Shown here piece after piece: positions 38,932 through 57,645 of a stretch of 64,000 bases of DNA. The position numbers and the translations under genes were made by a program. This DNA is from Macrostomum lignano. Its lineage: Eukaryota. The notes beneath the pieces were generated by a model. That model had not been told where the DNA came from and did not search any database. It saw nothing but the letters and a program-made list of their open reading frames with translations. Positions within the stretch are counted from its first letter, which is position 1. Each line of letters starts with the position of its first letter. The stretch covers positions 372,001 to 436,000 of the forward strand of contig NIVC01000070.1 of NCBI GenBank assembly GCA_002269645.1, given 5' to 3'.

Positions 38932-41900
38932 CTACATAATGTACACTCGTTTGGCCTCGTTGAGCTCGAATCGATTTTGAGTTCGAGGACAGATTATGTA
39001 CCCGCCGTTGCGTTGGGCCATTTCGAGCAGACTCTGCGCCAGTTTAATAGGTGGAGTGAGTTCTTAATAAAGCTAGTTAGTGCTAGAGCTTCACAAAACT
39101 AAAATCGAAATTACTTTCGAAGAAACACAATTTTATTAAAACGAACATGCTTTCTAAGAAACAAACATGCTTTCTAAGAAACAAACATGCTTTCTAAGAA
39201 ACAAACATGCTTTCTAAGAAACAAACATGCTTTCTAAGAAACAAACATGCTTTCTAAGAAACAAACATGCTTTCTAAAAAAACAAACACGCTTTCTGAAA
39301 AAACATGCTTTCCAAGAAACAAAAATGCTTTCTGTCTAAAAAACAAACATGCTTTCTAAGAAACAAACATGCTTTCTAAGAAACAAACATGCTTTCTAAA
39401 AAACAAACATGCTTTCTGAAAAAACATGCTTTCCAAGAAACAAACATGCTTTCTGTCTAACAAACAAACATGCTTTCTAAGAAACAAACATGCTTTCTAA
39501 GAAACATACATGCTTTCTAAGAAACAAACATGCTAAAAAACAAAATGATTTCTGAAAAAACTTGCATATGAAGAAAATACATGCTTTCTGTCTAACAAAC
39601 AAATATGCTTTCTAAGAAATAAATATGCTTTCTAAGAAACAAAATATGTTTTCTTAGAAAACCCAAGGTCTTGAAGCCATGTTCTACTAGGCGGACTTAA
39701 GACACCTGCTTTTTCTTGAACTGGTTAATTAAGAACTAAAGCTACCAACTATCATAAAAACAACAATTACTCACCTTCTGGCTATAGATATTGCCGTTAG
39801 GCAGAGCCATAGGCGGATTATCGTGGTCCATGGGCAGGCGCGAGATCGGACAGATCAGCTTGGACTGGGTGTACTGAGCCTTGGGCAGCGACTGGGCCAG
39901 CTGGCCGAAGTGCGGCTGGCAGACCGGACACTCCAGGCAGCGCTTGCCCTCCTTGCCGCATTGGCTGAGGTGGGTTGGGGATTTTGCGGCATCAATTATT
40001 GACAATATATCAATATATCATATATCAGTACAAATAAACTCAATACAAACGAGCTAAACAAAGACACCGGCGATAGCAAAACTACAAAGATCGAAGAAAG
40101 ACTACTCCTTAATTAATGACAGTGATAACAAAGACCCCCAGTGATAACAGACACCGTATGATAACAAAGACAACAAAGACACCCGGTGAAAAAAAGACAT
40201 GATGATAACAAAGACAACAAAGACATCCATCGACAACAAAGACACCCGATGAAAACAAAGACAACAAAGATACCAAGTGACAACAAAGATAAAACAGTGA
40301 TTTGAGTAACAAAGACAACAAAGACACCCAGTGACAACAAAGACACCCAGTGACAACAAAGACACCCAGTGACAACAAAGACACCCAGTAACAACAAAGA
40401 CACCCAGTGACAACAAAGACACCCAGTGACAACAAAGACACCCAGTGACAACAAAGACATCCAGTGACAACAAAGACACCCAGTGACAACAAAGACACCC
40501 AGTGACAACAAAGACACCCAGTGACAACAAAGACACCCAGTGACAACAAAGACACCCAGTGACAACAGACAACCCAGTGATAACAATCAAGCACTTACTT
40601 AGTCTTCAAAGCGGATAATCCAGTCTGCAGGTTAGCGCAGAAGATGCTACCAGAAGCGATGGAGAACACAGCGCAATTCACCTGTCGGAACTTGTCAACC
40701 AGACGATGCCACACGGCCGGCTCGGTGAGGTGCCGGTATTTCTCAGGCGGTTGGCCGTCTTTGTCGCAGGGCAAGGCCAGCAGCCCCATCGCCTCGCAAA
40801 GGCTGCGATTTCGTTCGGCCAACAGCTCGGCCGGCGCCTCCGTGTCGGCCTCCGGCGACAGGTGCTTGCGGGCGTACTTGACGGCATCGAGACGGCGACC
40901 CTGCTGTACCAGCTTGACAAAGTCCTGCGGGAATATACAACCAAACTAACTGCTACTTTGAGTCGAGCAGGACTATGGTAACTCCAAATCTGCCTCAAGA
41001 TCTATTGATTCCATACTTGCCCCAGACTAGGGGCATGACCCAAAAGGTTAAAATGGGTCAACTGGGACCCAATATTTAATAGGTCAACTATGACCCAAAC
41101 AACAGCTGGGTCAACTATGACCGAACCCCAGCTGGGTCAATTATGACCCTAACCTTTACTGTGTAAATATGACCTAAATCTTTACTAGGTCAACTATGAC
41201 CCAAACCCCCCCCCCAGCTGGGTCAACTATGACCCAAACCCCCCCAGCTGGGTCAACTATGACCCAAACCCAGACTGGGTTAACTATGACGCAAACCCCA
41301 GTTGGGTCAACGATGACCCAAACCCCAGTTGGGTTAACTATACCCCAAACCCCAGCTGGGTCAACGATGACCCAAACCCCAGTTGGGTTAACCATACCCC
41401 AAACCCCAGCTGGATCAACTATGACCCGAATCTTTACTTTTTTTAACCATGACCCAGGCCATTACTGGGGCAACCATGACCCAAACCAATACTGAGTCAA
41501 ATATGACCAAAGCCATAACTGGGTCAGAAATGACCCTAATACACTACAGGTTCACAATAATGAAGCCTACAATAAAAAACCGACTCACCTGCAGTCGCAA
41601 AGAGTACTCAAAGTTGCTACCTAATTTTCGCAATTTCGAACGATGCTCGGTGCACCAAGCCACGGCTTCGCTGGTGTCGGAAGACATTAAAGACTTCTCA
41701 ACGCCCTGACAGGCGGCAAAATAGGGCAGATTAGTCAGCTGTTCAACGTCGTGCAATTTAGCCAATCGTTGAGCCGTAGAGTGCAGGCCGTGACGAAGGA
41801 AATAATCCACCATCATGCAGGTGATGCGCCGGCGTTCCCAGTAGCGCTGGCAGGTGGCCTGGCTGACTGGCGTACCCGATGACTGCTGCTGCTGCTGCCT

Positions 41901-44900
41901 GTAGCCGTCTGCGCCGCGAAGGTAGTCAAGGCGTCGCTTGGCCGACTGCAAGTGATCCACTTCCTCTTCCAGGCCATCGTCCGCCTTTGAGGAATATTAG
42001 GGTGATTGTGATGGAGCACAAGGGTGATTGTGATGGGGCTCAGGGGTGATTGTGATGGAGCTCAGGGGTGATTGTGATGGGGCTCAGTGTTGATTGTGAT
42101 GGGGCTCAAGGATGATTGTGATGGGGCTCAAGGGTGATTGTGATGGGGCTCAGGGGTGATTGTGATGGGGCTCAAGGATGATGGATGATTGTGATTGTAT
42201 TATCTTATGTAACTTATTGTTATCATATACAATAAAGCATAATACTGCAGACCAAACAACAAACCTTTCGCTTCAGCTTTGACAGTTTGTCAATCACTCC
42301 TGTGAGTATTTGATTCACATCTTGCTGCGTCTTAGCCTTGGTTAAGTCGTCAGAATTCTTGGTTAGTATTGAAATATCCTTGTCCATTTGTTTTTGAACA
42401 GCTCGAAAAGTCTTATTAAGTGACTCATATGGCACCTACAAGAGATCAGAAAAAAATTTAATTAGACAAAGGTAAAATACAAGACTACAAATGCAGAAAT
42501 ACAAACAGACTCAAGGTTTAACTAGATATTAACTATAATATTAATATTATAGTTAATAATATTAACTAGACCATGATATTTATTAGGCCTAGGCCTATTC
42601 TTAAAAAATATACTTCATTAGGCCTATTGTAGGCCTAACTAAAGGTGATTTTGTAGTTGGTAGGGTAGGCCTAGTCTAATGCAACTAGCTTTGAATGAAA
42701 TCTAGCTTTGTTTAGGCCACTTTTTGAAATTAATCTAAAATATTCCTACTTATAGGACTATCTAATACAACTTGACCTTTGGCTTTGGCTATAAATATAT
42801 TAATGTTTTTATATAAGATCATTAAATACTGGTACTCTTTATGTTTTAATGCTTTTATATTAAATTAAATTCAAGGCAAACTTAATTTTAATAACATGCA
42901 ACAATTAAGTTAATAATAAATAGCTTTTTTTAATAAAACTTTAGAAAAAAATAAAACTTTTAAACAGGGATAGGCCTCTAAAATTAGACAGAAAAAACCT
43001 AGCCAATATATAATATTCAGACCTAATTATTTTAAAATAATGATAGCAAGATAGGCTTGTGCATAATATACTACTCATTAGTAATAACACTAGTGTATAT
43101 AATTCTGACCAATCAGCAAATTTTTTGCCATTTGTTTTGACCCTTAATATTTAAAAATTTCTTTTTTTAAAAACTTGCTTATAATTTTGTTTAAACAAAT
43201 GCCAACCAATGAAAACTATTTACCCTTTCTCCCAATTTATTATAAGAGAGTGCTATCTTGGCCCAAAAATTTAACATGCCATGTTTTAAACTGCTTTTGC
43301 TCTCGAGAATCTCTTAGTAAGTTTTTAAGCTTAAAGTTCAACTATAAAACTTCCACTAAGACATATTGTTATTTCTTTCTAGAATAGGGACACTGAGGTT
43401 GTGGAGAACCAGGAATAAGAGTCTAGAATAGGGAAGAACTCAAGTTGTAGAGAACCAGGAATAAGATTCTAGAATAAGGAGGAATTAAAGTTGTAAAGAC
43501 CTAGAGTACTAGGAAGCTATGCAATCTAATAATAAAAAATATTAGACACTAGGATTAAGTAATAGGCACTCAGACTAGGCATTAAGCAAATACTAGGTAC
43601 CAGAAATTAGGTATTAGATGTTAGTTAAAGGCTAATGCTAGACACCCTTGATCCCTAGAAAATGCTATAATTTTAGACTTAGTTTAAATTAGTATCTTAC
43701 TACTTGGGTACCCATAGAATTAGGGTACTCATAGTATGGCCAGACTACTACTGGTTGATCCAACTTTTGACATGATTCTGGCATGAACAGTTTCCCTCTC
43801 CCAGTGACCTTTCTGACATAATTTTGGCAACCCCCTTTGCCTAGTCCATTGTTTGGCTTCCTTTTGTCCCCCAGTTGTCTCCATCATTGTCCCCCTTGTT
43901 GGACCCAGCATGTGTCTCCCAATTTTTGGTATTTTTTCTTTGCATTGGTCCAACTCTGGGTTTTTGCCCTTTCCCCCAGTTGCCCCACCTGTTGCTCCAC
44001 TCAGTGCCCTACCTCTTGGCATTGATATTTTGCTTATTATATATATATATATAAATTTTGTGTGTTAAACTGGGTATAAATTGTTTTTTATTATTTTCTT
44101 TTAGTATTTTATCTAGCTTATTTAACCAGGTTTTAGTTTGCTCTTTGACAACCTAGATAATAGTTTCTGTGCTTTTATTCCAACTAGCCTCAAATTTAAT
44201 TCACCTACAGCTCTGCTGGATTCATCAAATTGTTTGCCTCATTGTAATTAATTGTTTCCTACATTATTAGTTAATATTCTAACATTTATTTAACCACTAA
44301 TAAACATTACCAATATTTATCTTCATTAATTAATCAAAGCCTATAGCATATCTTGAGTTATTTGCCCATGGGGTGTGAAACAACCAATAAATCTTATTTC
44401 CAAATGAGCTTTGAGAAATTAACATTCCATAATATATAAATTACAGTGGCAGCAACCTACTCTATTGTTAGTAAACAACTGAGAAAATTGATGCACATGG
44501 AATTTATGGTGTCTAAGGATCCAACTAAATGACTGTGCCTATTAAATGACCATTTGACTATAATTACGACTACCCCCCCCCCCAGAATTGAGGACCCTGG
44601 TAGATGGAGTATCTAAGAAGAAAATTGTCCAAAACAAGTCCATGCAATTTTCTAGCTTTACAAGTGCCAAGTTACAAGTGGTAATTTAAAGTTGCAATTC
44701 TCACAAAGCCAGCCAACGATCACCATTTTTTTCTTTGCCCCCACTTCAATACAATAGCTACCACAAGATTTCTAAGACATCTAGTAAAATAAGAATTTTC
44801 TAAAAGTGATATCTCTATACACAAAAGATATATATATCTATAATGACTTGGTGGCGCAATAGGAATAAGCTAAAGAAGTTAACCCTAGAACAAAAATATT

Positions 44901-47210
44901 AATCTTAAATTTTGATTATATTTAAATATTGTAATAATCAACAAGATTTTATTATAATATTATAGATCACGAGGCCAACTCCTCCATTGGAAGAGAAAGG
45001 AGAAGAACTCCTATCACCAGAATCCTATGCCTGAAATCCATCAGCTGAATCTTATGACCCGAATCCCATCATCCAAGTCCTTTCCAAAATCCATCAAAAT
45101 CCTCTCTGTGAAACAGAAATCCATCAAAATCCTCTCTTTCAAACAGATATTTATTTATAAACACTCTCTCAGTGAAACAGATATTCATAAAAACTCTTTC
45201 AGTGAAACAGATATTCATAAAAACTCTTTCAGTGAAACAGATATTCATAAAAACTCTTTCAGTGAAACAGATATTCATCAAAATTATCTCCATAAAATAG
45301 ATATTCATCAAAACTCTCTAAGTGAAACAAATATTCATCAAAACTCTCTCAGTAAAACAGATATTCATCAAAATTCTCTTTGTGAAACAGATATTCATCA
45401 AAATCCTTTCCATGAAACAGAACTCTATTAAAATCCTTTTTGTGAAACCAATATTCATCAAAATTCACTCTGTAAAACAAATATCTATCAATATTATCTC
45501 TTTCAAGCAAAAATACATCAATTTAATTAACAGACTTTGTTAAATTGGAGTGTATTAAAAACACTTTCTAATTGTTTGGCTTAAATATATGCAAAGAAAT
45601 GGATTCAGTGCTAAGGGTTAGGGTTAGAGCTGCATAATGCTGCCTATTAAAAGGTGCCAATAATAAAAAATTGAACCAATTGAACCAATTAATTACAAAA
45701 TTGATTTTTTACTCAGTCAGTATTAGTCTCAGTTAAAGTTAACAAAATGATTGTACAATATAAATCAGCTCTCCAATACACAGTGGCAGTTAGAAGTTGA
45801 AGCCTCCAAATTTATCAATTGCATCTTGCAAAATGAGTACAATCTTTGAAGAAAGTTAAAAGTATAGAAAATCGTTTTTTGAATGCTATGCTTTTAGTTT
45901 TCATACTAAAAGCAAGCAACTTATATCAGCATTGAAAGATCTATCCAGCAATATCTTTTTTCTCAAAGTTCAAAACTTAAAGAAAAGTTTACGTTTGAAA
46001 TTTCCCAGTTAAAAGCATTGCATTTTTGAGTGTACATTCACTGTCTGCTACAGTAAGAGGCTTGCAAGTTTATGCATTGAATTTCATTGTCCGCCAGTTA
46101 GCAAGGGTCCAAGATACACACGCAGCCACTTAGAATGCCCCTACCCTACCCCCACTAGAGAGAAAATACACTGCCGAGATAAGAAAAAGTTGTGGCGCAA
46201 TCACTCAAAATTAATGCAAATTTTCAGTTCAAAGCAGAAAAAAGGCCAAAGAAGGTTAAGAAACCAGTTGTCTACTTTTTTAACAGACTTAATTTTGAAA
46301 ATTTAATGCGTAGAAAAATTTAAAAAAATTTGAATTGAAATTAAATTCAAAATTAAAATTGAAATTTGACTTAGGGTGCAAAAAGTGCACTAGAATTTTT
46401 TGCAAGGATGTGATATGGATTTCACAATTTATTGTTTTATGGATGTCTTAAGTCTATAACTTCATATTCTTAGAATTAGCCAGTAATTTGAAACACACTA
46501 TTAGTGTTAGACCATTTTTTGTCTGCAGCAGTGCAGCGCATCCTGGTCTTGAAAATTGCACCCTGAAATCTAGCACAAGGTATGAAATCGCACCCAAGTT
46601 ATAGACAAAAAACCTAGCTGACAAACTATTTTTAGTACATTAGATTTGGCCTAGTGAAGAAATTAAAGGTAAAATTTTACCTTTTAATTTAAGTTTAAAT
46701 TTATATGAAAACAAAAACTACAAGGGTGAATATTCCAAGACTTTAATTTAAAGACTTCTTACTTGTATCTTTATTCTATTGTTATACTAGTGTATGTCTT
46801 AAACTAACAAGTTATGCCAAATTGCATAGGCCTACACATATTGCTTTGCTTACACTAGGCCTAGGCCTAGAATATAACAAAATATTAATCAAATCAAGAT
46901 ACGAGAAAAGGTCTTAAAAATCTAGAATATTTATCACTAAACAAATAGATACTTGTGTTAACTGTTAGCAATTTAACCAGACAAAGAGCAAAAAGGCTAT
47001 TCATCTGGTCAGTGGTCCCCAGAAAAGACAACAACTGCTGAAAAAATAGGTTTAGCTTTAGGCCTACTTTTTTACAACCAGGTCTATTTTACTTAAGGCT
47101 AAAAAAATAAAAAATAACCCTTTCCGACTTTCTCTTTCTTCTTCACTTACCCGCAATGTTGAGTGATTCATGATGCGAATTGAATTAAAAACATCCACTG
47201 AGCTCTCCAT
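38932..47210 (-). CDS. MAEA: MAEA/EMP (GID9/Fyv10), CTLH E3 ligase subunit, ~414 aa; exons 47210-47151, 42435-42265, 41984-41589, 40924-40599, 39964-39775, 39033-38932
   Basis: MNHSTLR|VPYESLNKTFR, LisH (MMVDYFLRHGLHSTAQRLA), CTLH (AVAWCTEHRSKLRKLGSNFEYSLRLQ), RRLDAVKYARKHL, LQTGLSALKT, CPVC..LAQSLP..SKLICPIS..MDHDNPPMALPNGNIY, CPRT....EAKRVYIM*. All introns are GT-AG with matching phases; 1245 nt. Confidence 0.96.
39140..39660. repeat. 20-bp minisatellite (AAACAAACATGCTTTCTAAG); MAEA intron 5
   Basis: About 25 copies, diverging rightwards. Confidence 0.93.
40115..40582. repeat. 19-bp minisatellite (GACACCCAGTGACAACAAA); MAEA intron 4
   Basis: Period 19 (40323/40342). Confidence 0.93.
41020..41530. 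repeat. ~27-bp minisatellite (GGGTCAACTATGACCCAAACCCCAG(C/T)T) with internal palindrome; MAEA intron 3
   Basis: Period 27 (41292/41319). Confidence 0.88.
41998..42200. repeat. ~21-22-bp minisatellite (GGGTGATTGTGATGGGGCTCA); MAEA intron 2
   Basis: About 9 copies adjoining the acceptor at 41985. Confidence 0.9.
45095..45470. repeat. 30-bp minisatellite (GAAACAGATATTCATAAAAACTCTTTCAGT); MAEA intron 1
   Basis: About 12 diverged copies. Confidence 0.9.
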
Positions 47211-48579
47211 TCTTCAAAACATTAAAAATATGAGTGAAAACGTGACAAAAATAAAGACCTTAAGTTACGTCAGACTCGGAGTGTCGAGAAGGCTCAATGA
47301 GTGTACAAACAGCACAGCCGCAAGCCTATCCTTATAGTATCACCTCTTCTTAATCAATTTGCAACTAGAACTTACTTTAGTGGAGCCTACGCTATGGATT
47401 ATGATGACACAGCTGATTCGATCGAAAAAAAGAACTTTTATTTTTAACATTTTTAAACTAAAGAAAAACTAAAAAAGTTCTATGAACATAATTTTTTTTC
47501 TTTTTAACTAAAACTATGACATTAGATTCAAAATTTGACCCGAAGTATTTGTTTTACTATTGGATGCCGTTACTGCAGATAATTTTTTCAACTTTTACTA
47601 TTCCAGGAAAACAGATTTTTTGATATTTAATTGCTTTAGTTCACCTAGCTACAAAATAGATACTAACATTAGTTAGGATTATTAAAGGTATATATAGTGA
47701 CACCTTACTTAGTCTTTGACTCTTTGGACTAAATAGCCAAATGACATACATGTATGTTGCCTTCAGCTATAGTCAGGAAGATGGCCTTTTCCCCAGGAAA
47801 TTTCTGGTGCAAAGGGGGATTTAATGTACACTACACCAATGTATTCCAACACAATAGTAGGAAGAAAAAATTAAGTGCAATATGATATAGGACAAAAATT
47901 GTGCAATTTGTTTGGCATAGCACAGAAATTGGAATGATGATATTTTCATTGACAGAAAATTAGTGCCTTTTTGTTTGTCAGTATATTGATGTTTTTCAAT
48001 TAAAATATATCAATATTGTATTTTTTATACAACAGATTCAAATACAAGTTTTTTATTAGTACTTTTCAAACCAAAAATATTGATAAATTTATTTTGCTTC
48101 TAATATTAAAGTTGACAATTACACTTATACTCTAGTTACATAAGTTACACTTATAAAATTGTTGTAAAAACTGAGATATGTTAATGTGCTTTTTGATAAA
48201 AATAGTTTTGGCACAGCACAAGCAATTTTTTTTGATAGGATTTGTTTTAGTATAGGTGTGCCATGGTCTTGACTATGGGCCCTTTATGTGCCATATAATA
48301 GCTATAACTAAGCTGTTAGTTGCATATCTGGCCCAATTGGGATAGGTTATAAGCTATTATTATTATTAGCATTAGTATTAATATTGAACTAGTATATAAT
48401 AGAATATTTTATAGATTATTAATGATGAGTTGCATTTATTCAAAGTATTTTTCTTACTGTTTTTTTTCTTTTTCTCACTTATTTTTGTACTATAGTCCAG
48501 TGAAATGATATGTTAATGGGTATTGAATTGTTTATAACAAAATACACTTCATTGCAGGTATTAAGCAATATTTATATAT

Positions 48580-53315
<4,736 letters not shown>

Positions 53316-53685
53316 GCGAGAGAGAATTTCTGTAATCAATTGTCTGGTTGAGCTCAACAATTTATAAGCATTGCTAGCCATGCAGCCAGTGTTAGGCTAA
53401 TTGGCTGAGTCACCGTGTTAATGATGGCTGGCAAAGTTTGAGCTGTTGAAAATTAGGTACTGGAATTAGGTACTGTTATCAATGGTCGCTGGAATTTAGA
53501 AGGTAGGTATTATGCTTCGTTATGGCTTCTCAACCCTCTGTGCTATAGTTACTATGACAACTAACTGTTCCCGGTTGTCATCCCTCTTTCTGTGAGCTTG
53601 TAAATATTTTTCCAATATTGAGATTCAAACTGGAGATAGCTGGCGATCTGCGTGCAGGATTAGAAATTCAACATGCCAAATCGTG

Positions 53686-54312
53686 AAGGATTGACTAACG
53701 TCTATGGCAAAACCTCATTTGATTCCTCTGTGTGCTGAAGGATTGACTAACGTCTATGGCAAAACCTCATTTGATTCCTCTGTGTGCTGAAGGATTGACT
53801 AACGTCTATGGCAAAACCTCATTTGATTCCTCTGTGTGCTGAAGGATTGACTAACGTCTATGGCAAAACCTCATTTGATTCCTCTGGGTGCTGAAAGATT
53901 GACTAACGTCTATGGCAAAACCTCATTTGATTCCTCTGGGTGCTGAAGGATTGACTAACGTCTATGGCAAAACCTCATTTGATTCCTCTGGGTGCTGAAG
54001 GATTGACTAACGTCTATGGCAAAACCTCATTTTATTCCTCTGGGTGCTGAAAGATTGACTAACGTCTATGGCAAAACCTCATTTGATTCCTCTGGGTGCT
54101 GAAGGATTGACTAACGTCTATGGCAAAACCTCATTTGATTCCTCTGGGTGCTAAAGGATTGACTAACGTCTATGGCAAAACCTCATTTTATTCCTCTGTG
54201 TGCTGAAGGATTGACTAACGTCTATGGCAAAACCTCATTTGATTCCTCTGGGTGCTGAAGGATTGACTAACGTCTATGGCAAAACCTCATTTGATTACTC
54301 TGGGTGCTAGAG
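53686..54312. repeat. 52-bp minisatellite (GAAGGATTGACTAACGTCTATGGCAAAACCTCATTTGATTCCTCTG(T/G)GTGCT), 12 copies
   Basis: Period 52 (53701/53753); near-identical copies, no unique spacers. Confidence 0.96.
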
Positions 54313-55489
54313 GAATCTAGCTGGATGCAAGTGGGCAGGATTGGAGGAATCTAGCACGCTGACGAGTGCATCAATGGCTGAAACACGAGTGCGCGTAGAG
54401 CACGAGGGTTTTTGCCATAGACGCACAAGTCAAAGTGCTTGATTCCCATTCTTATTTGATCCAATATGTGTGGCTAAAGTAGACAAGGGTGGAGCTGGGG
54501 GTGTGGAGTTAGACTTGAACCATAGACAAAATATGCACGAGCTAGTCTGAACATTCTTGCACGATGGAAAGAAGATTATGCTTGTAGTCTATGGCTGTTC
54601 TGCTAAATATAGAAACATTGTGCATTACATTCTTGCACGATTGACATTCCCGCACGGAGTGCACATGTAAATTCAAGGTGCTTTTACCATAGACACTTGC
54701 ATTTCTGCACGCATATGGCGACTTCCAAAGCATCCTTGCACGCTGGATCAAATAAGAATAGTTGGTTGTCTTCTAGCCAGATAAAATAGCCTTGAACAGC
54801 TGGCTTAGCCTGCAGCCTACTGGATGGCAGAGGTGAATCTTAGGAAGAAGGACAAAGAAGAACATTGTTTGTTTGGCTTCTTTATGTCTCTGGCTTGCAA
54901 TTAATCAATATTTGTCGGAGCCTAAATTCTGACATATTTAAAATATTTAATTCCACTGCCCGTTGCCTTCCTTGTCATTTTTGCATTGGCAACTTCAGAT
55001 ACTGCTGCCATGTCACAGTAGTATAGTATATGAGTAATTTATGACTTGAAGTTGCAAATAATATGTGGTATACATGTCATCCTGTGTCCTTGCCTTGTTT
55101 CGTAGACTGAATTGTTAATTTTTAGCAATCCTTCGGTTTTGAACTGTTTTATGCTGCACTATTACAAGGCGATAAGAAAACACTTATTCAGTATGTGCAT
55201 TCAGCGCCTACATTAATATTATATGCACCTTTTTATTATATTTTATCTCCAGATACTACTATATGATTTACAGACCCATTGAATTAGCATCATCCTGTTT
55301 TACCGACTCCAGAATGACTCAGACTGAAAATTATTAAATCAGAAATCAATTTAAGACTGAAGGTTGCAGGAAAACTTGAAAAAACCCTAATCCAGTTCGA
55401 GTGCATAGCAAGCAAGAAAAAAGATGTGGCGCCCCAGACCCCAGCAAGTTTGATAACACAGTTTTGGTCTCCTTTTACTCGCTTGTTTC

Positions 55490-55716
55490 TGACCTCTGAC
55501 TTCTCTCCTCACTGCTCTCTCATTGGCTGAGCCAGATTTGGCCTGCCCGTAGGCTGAGTTTCGTCCGTCTGACTCTGGCCTCTCTCCTTACTGCTCTCTC
55601 ATTGGCTGGGGCTGCCCATTAGGCTGAGTTTCGTCCGTCTGACTCTGACCTCTCTCCTTACTGCTCTCTCATTGGCTGAGCTAGATTGGGCCTGCCCCCT
55701 AGACTGAGTTTCGTCT
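55490..55716. repeat. Three tandem ~70-85-bp copies (CTCTCTCCTTACTGCTCTCTCATTGGCTG..GGCTGAGTTTCGTC)
   Basis: Three alignable copies, each with ATTGG (reverse CCAAT). Confidence 0.8.
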
Positions 55717-57499
55717 TATGTCTTGCGTTCACTTTTGTACATCGAGTTAAATGTTTTTTGTTCATTCTTAACCCCATATACACCTCAGGCCGCAAACCCC
55801 GAGGAAAATAAGGAATTTTAGCTGCCACATTAAATTTAAGTGACACTGCGCAGAAAAACTACTAAAAAGTAGATGCTCTGCTTTTTCACTACTTTAATTG
55901 CGAGTGGCTAATCTATTTATTTTAGAATGTGGTTCTCGATAATGTTTTAGTAAAAACGCCTGTAAAAGAGATTGTAAATTGTTTCATTTTATTTTCTGAT
56001 TGTGTCACTCATAAAACAGCTAATATTTAAATGATTAAAAAGTGTTATTATTGAATTTGGATATTGTCAGTGTGTTGACTTTTTGTAGCTCTATGTAATA
56101 CATGTACACCCATATTTCAGTGTATGGAACTGCCTTCTGCCCTTGGCTATTTATTCAATATTACTTACAGTGTCCCTAATCTGTACTTAAACTGCTCTAA
56201 AAAATGCCTTATATTATATAGTTTAAAATGTTTATTAATAAAGCTCCAAATGTCTTTCATGTGCAAGGATTACATGGCGCTTGTGCCCAGCTCAGCCTGT
56301 CTGCGATAAGAAAATGTCACTAATGTAATAATTTACTTATTTTATGTTTCCTTCCTGACTTATAAATTTTGCCATTCATTGACAGTATTGCCCTTGGATT
56401 ACATCTAAACAGTACTAAGAATATATAGTTCTACAATAAAGGTACAATTATAACAATTATGCAGCCGAAAAAGTTTTTGACAAAGTTATTGTTGAGTCAC
56501 TATAAATTATTCTAGTTTTAGTAAATTCATTGGAGATCAAAACGTTTTCTCGACAATACCAGATGCATGTCAATATTTTTCATCAGAGGTGCCAAAACTA
56601 CATGTACATGTACTGCAATATGGGGATCAGAACAGTCAGCAGAGCCGCTGTGTGCACCATGTGTTGGCGTGTGGCACGAGTGCGTGCCTGAGTACAGTAT
56701 TGGCACGCTTGTATTGCTCAGGAATCAGTGGAATGGCCGCAGAATTGCCTCAGTCCTGCCTCGGGAACGATCTCACCGAAGCCGTTGCGCCAGGGTGCCC
56801 ACATTTGTTTATCTTCCTGCAAATATAATGATATTATATGGCGCAGAATCTATCATTTTGATTTCAAAAACCCAAGCTTCTCGGCCCATCAAGTAAGGGT
56901 CTTAACATGCGTCATAGTGATGAGGACGCACTTTTTCCCAAATCCCGCGCTAGCACATGGGCTCTAAACTTACTTGCCTACTAACAGTGGGCAGTGGGCA
57001 TTTTTATCCTTTTTCTGCGAATTTTCATAGAATTTATACTAGATATAATGTCTGGCCATACTAGTAGCCATAATAACATAGGCGCAGCTTTTTGGGTCAT
57101 AAATCATCGCTTTCGAAGCTGATCTGACAGCCACCTGCGCCTCACTCAGTGTTGAAGCGGGCGCCAGATGGTCTGAGAGGATGCGGGCGGTAGCTTTTTT
57201 CTCATCATTTTGACAGGCCATCAAGATTTATGAGGTCAGAGCCTATTGTTCGGATTCACTCAAGCGTGTGACAGCTTTGACAGCTATGCGTTTTACCCCT
57301 AAAAGTACCTTGGGATTAGCGATTAGCGATTTCTCTTCATTATCTTCACTTTCTATTTAATAAGAGCTTTCTAATGTATATTTTTTCATTAATTTCTGTC
57401 AATCCTACGCGAAAAGTCATAAATCATTTTGTTGCGATTTTGAGTGATTTATGGCCGCACCTGTCATCTTTTTACGACCCTGTGGGAACTGATAGGATC

Positions 57500-57645
57500 T
57501 CTCGGTCACGTGATTCTGGGTAGCAACGATGAGCTTAGCCAATCAGAAAATTCGGCGCTCATTTTAACAAAACGGCTCGGCCAATCAGAATCGACGTGTT
57601 CCGTTATAACAAACTGCGGTCCAGTTGGCGGCTATTTAAACCGGA
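57500..57645 (+). promoter_or_regulatory. Pol II promoter-like module: GTCACGTGA E-box, two CCAATCAGAA boxes, TATA-like TATTTAAA
   Basis: CCAAT at 57539 and 57581 (42 bp apart), TATTTAAA at 57633-57640, CpG-rich DNA downstream. The target transcript is not identified (possibly the DEG/ENaC gene ~1.9 kb downstream). Confidence 0.5.

Noticed and set aside
38893-39102. Plus-strand ORF with apparent acceptor, initially considered a novel gene exon
   Set aside because: The opposite strand is the MAEA terminal exon (SLLEMAQRNGGYIICPRT...VYIM*).
43729-44560. Possible decayed LINE reverse-transcriptase tail on the minus strand
   Set aside because: Only vague resemblance (FTNNRV, WNK..LDK) broken by stops; not supportable without a profile search.
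45612-45628. TTAGGG telomeric hexamers
   Set aside because: Only about two copies; compatible with chance.
53686-54312. CRISPR-like regular array (also considered for 25746-26217)
   Set aside because: Units are wholly repeated with no unique spacers, there are no cas genes, and the context is eukaryotic.
55520-55716. Possible hammerhead ribozyme (minus-strand GGACGAAAC; also GAGCCCGAAGGTCGAAAC at ~58897-58915)
   Set aside because: No CTGANGA core at the required position and stem II does not pair properly; at most a degenerate remnant.
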